Assembly: GCA_002104905.1 (NCBI GenBank) | Contig: MCFE01000240.1 | Coordinates: 1-64,000 of the forward strand | Direction of reading: 5' to 3' | Source: Basidiobolus meristosporus CBS 931.73 | Taxonomy: Eukaryota; Fungi; Basidiobolomycota | Length of the DNA: 64,000 nt | Shown: positions 61,945 through 64,000 of the stretch, piece by piece | Layout of the letters: each line of letters starts with the position of its first letter | Position numbering within the stretch: position 1 is the first letter of the stretch | The notes under the pieces: generated by a model | What the model saw: the letters and a program-made list of their open reading frames with translations, nothing else | Database searches by the model: none | What the model was told of the DNA's origin: nothing | Position numbers and translations under genes: made by a program

Positions 61945-64000
61945 GTGAAGATGATGAATCAAATGAGTCATCAGCCACAGCCTACACTAAGAAATACAAT
62001 TAGTCAGCAATTGATCTGGCAAAATGTATATAAGGAGCTGCTGGAATCTCAAAAAAGATCAGTTCAAGCTTTAGTGAATACAATACTAGCTAAACTCCCT
62101 ATTCCTCTACAACTTGTATACCAAGATTTGTAACATTGGCAGCAGCAATAACTAGAAACATCCCTCCTGAAGAAAGAAGACGCTACCTTCAAGATGTCCA
62201 AAAATCAAGAATGGAAGAATGCTATGCAACAAATCCTGGCCCAGCAGCAACAGTTACTCCAGATCCTTAGCCAGCAGCAACAAGGAATGACTACCATGGC
62301 TCAAAGCCAGCAAAACCCTGTCAAGAGCAACTTTAGTGTGAAGGTTAATGGGTACCATGGTAGAGTCAATGAAAACCTGGGAACTTGGCTCTTCCAGATT
62401 GAAGCAGCTTTCAAGGCTAAGGGAATTGCTCCAGAATGCAAGTTACATTATGCAGCCTCTTACCTGGCAGATGCAGCTTTACAGTGGTACCACAACAAGA
62501 TCAGGTCAGCCACCATGATGGGATGCTCTATAATCTCTACCTGAGATGAGTTTGTGTCAGAAATTCAGGATGCCTTTGAGCCCCCACACCAACAGACACT
62601 ACTAGGAAGAAAGTTGAAGACACTCAGGCAGAAAGGTATTATCCAAGAGTACATCTATGAATATAGATGTCAACTTGAGCAAATTGAAAGAATGGACTGT
62701 TGTGCATTAACATTGAAAACTTAGCCAATTTTACTCCGTTTGAAAATCTGGTACCCTAACTGATTTTCCCTAACCCAAACATAATAAATCCCAGTTACAG
62801 TTTATTTTATCCCACCTCAGAATCTATTTTTAGCTATCACACCTGATCTATTTTCAAATGGTCATTACGTTATCAACCTATCTGCCAAGCCTTCCCAGGT
62901 GTTTAGTCATCTGAGATCTATGCAACCACTGTGCAGTTGCCAAGACATCAGTTGATTGATGATGTAATTTTTATTTATCTAATGCACCTATGAACACCCA
63001 TATTGATTTCAATCAATCCAGTCCCTTGGCGCTTACTAATGCAACTTGATCAGAAAAATATAAATAAAGTTTACTGAACCTTTTGGTTTAGTGTGTGTCT
63101 CAACAAAATTAAGATTCTGTCTCAGCAAAAATAAGAATCCAACAATTCAGTCCTAGTTTCTATCCAAGCCTAGTATATCTATCACTCCAAAGAACACCAA
63201 GCCTAGCCTGCCTAGCAAACAAATATCATTGTCTTTATAGCCAACCCGCTTTATCCAAGACCAATATTAGATCAGAATCTTTCTGCTAATATTTCTGCCA
63301 CTCTCTGACAATTCTAAGATTCTGCACTTAATTGTCCCTTTGGTTCAGTTAAACCATTCAAGAGTTATATGGACCCTCTGGATCAAGTTGAATACTTTAT
63401 TGATGGGTTGAAAGAAAGAACTTGTAAGGAAGTGAAATATTAAAGACCTCAGACTATTGAAGAAGCCATCAAGATTGCCACCAGCTATGACTCAGCTATG
63501 TTTGGAGTTTGGAAGCCCACAATGACTAATTGGAGAGGCTACAATCACTACAAAGAAGATAATCAGAAGCAGTGCCAATGGAAATAGATGCTATGCAGAA
63601 AACTCCTACCTCAGAAGAATGTAAGAAGAAAGGACCTTGCTTCAATTGCCACCAGCAGGGGCATATTGCAAAGTACAGCCCTCAGAGAAGAAATGGAACC
63701 AGCCATCAAGAACCTTTAACCTTATTGAGTCCATGGAGCATAGTAACATGGAGGATGAACTTGAAGAAGACTTAGAACTCACCTTCTGTATGACAGAGGA
63801 ATACCTATCCCAGATGATCTCAAACTCAGGAAAGCTATTATACTTGAATGGAGGGAGTAATGAAGTACCTGCCAAGATCATGATTGACTCAGGAGCATTG
63901 CATGAGTACATGTCAGAGCAATTTGCTTTGAAAGCTGGAATGAACTTGGAACCCACCAAATCAACTTCAGTCTCAACAGCTGATGGAAACTCTCACATAA
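61945..64000 (+). mobile_element. Degenerate Ty3/Gypsy retrotransposon (gag, zinc knuckle, protease), continuing past the window end
   Basis: Retrotrans-gag-like 'YHGRVNENLGTWLFQIE...YLADAALQWY', 'YFIDGLK', 'TIEEAIKIA', knuckle CFNCHQQGHIAKY and protease 'MIDSGA'; stops and frameshifts. Confidence 0.88.
62698..63369. mobile_element. 672-bp solo-LTR-like insertion with 5-bp TSD (TGGAC) in the Gypsy gag
   Basis: TGGAC at 62693-62697 and 63370-63374. Element begins TGTTG and ends TTATA (CA>TA decay inferred). Removing it restores E-R-M-D-P-L-D-Q-V-E-Y-F in frame. Confidence 0.75.

Noticed and set aside
1-64000. tRNA, rRNA or CRISPR features
   Set aside because: No cloverleaf with A/B boxes, rRNA signature or repeat-spacer array was recognised by eye. 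tRNAscan-SE or Infernal would be decisive.

Overview
Eukaryotic, intron-containing DNA from a fungus. ATP synthase subunit k and short GT-AG introns with CTAAC-type branch sites indicate a fungus. BRCA2, a GPS2-like gene, a Tctex light chain and GLUD-type glutamate dehydrogenases suggest an early-diverging, non-Dikarya lineage (inference). The supplied ORF track uses bacterial-style starts and ignores introns, so genes were re-read by hand. Gene-rich part (1-52 kb): GT37-like fucosyltransferase (5' truncated), small secreted protein, FAX/GST-like protein, full-size PDR/ABCG transporter, bacterial-like RimJ/RimL GNAT, EamA/SLC35F transporter, an orphan ORF, SLC26 sulfate transporter, GPD1, a ~9 kb BRCA2, ATP19, lunapark, RAD51C, RPL29, Tctex-1, GPS2-like, TCP11, STK16/ENV7 kinase and three near-identical glutamate dehydrogenase genes. 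CpG-depleted repeat DNA occupies ~9.8-11.8 kb (solo-LTR pile) and ~52.6-64 kb (nested, decayed Copia and Ty3/Gypsy elements). Top observations: (1) BRCA2 has 14 BRC-like repeats, 12 of them in a tandem array of mostly 132-bp units with higher-order structure, and lies ~3 kb from RAD51C. (2) Three antenna-bearing GDH paralogs have coding exons that form a gene-conversion-like mosaic while their introns and flanks are unrelated. (3) A probable bacterial HGT acetyltransferase sits beside the LTR pile. (4) TEs show strong CpG loss. No rRNA, tRNA or CRISPR array was recognised.
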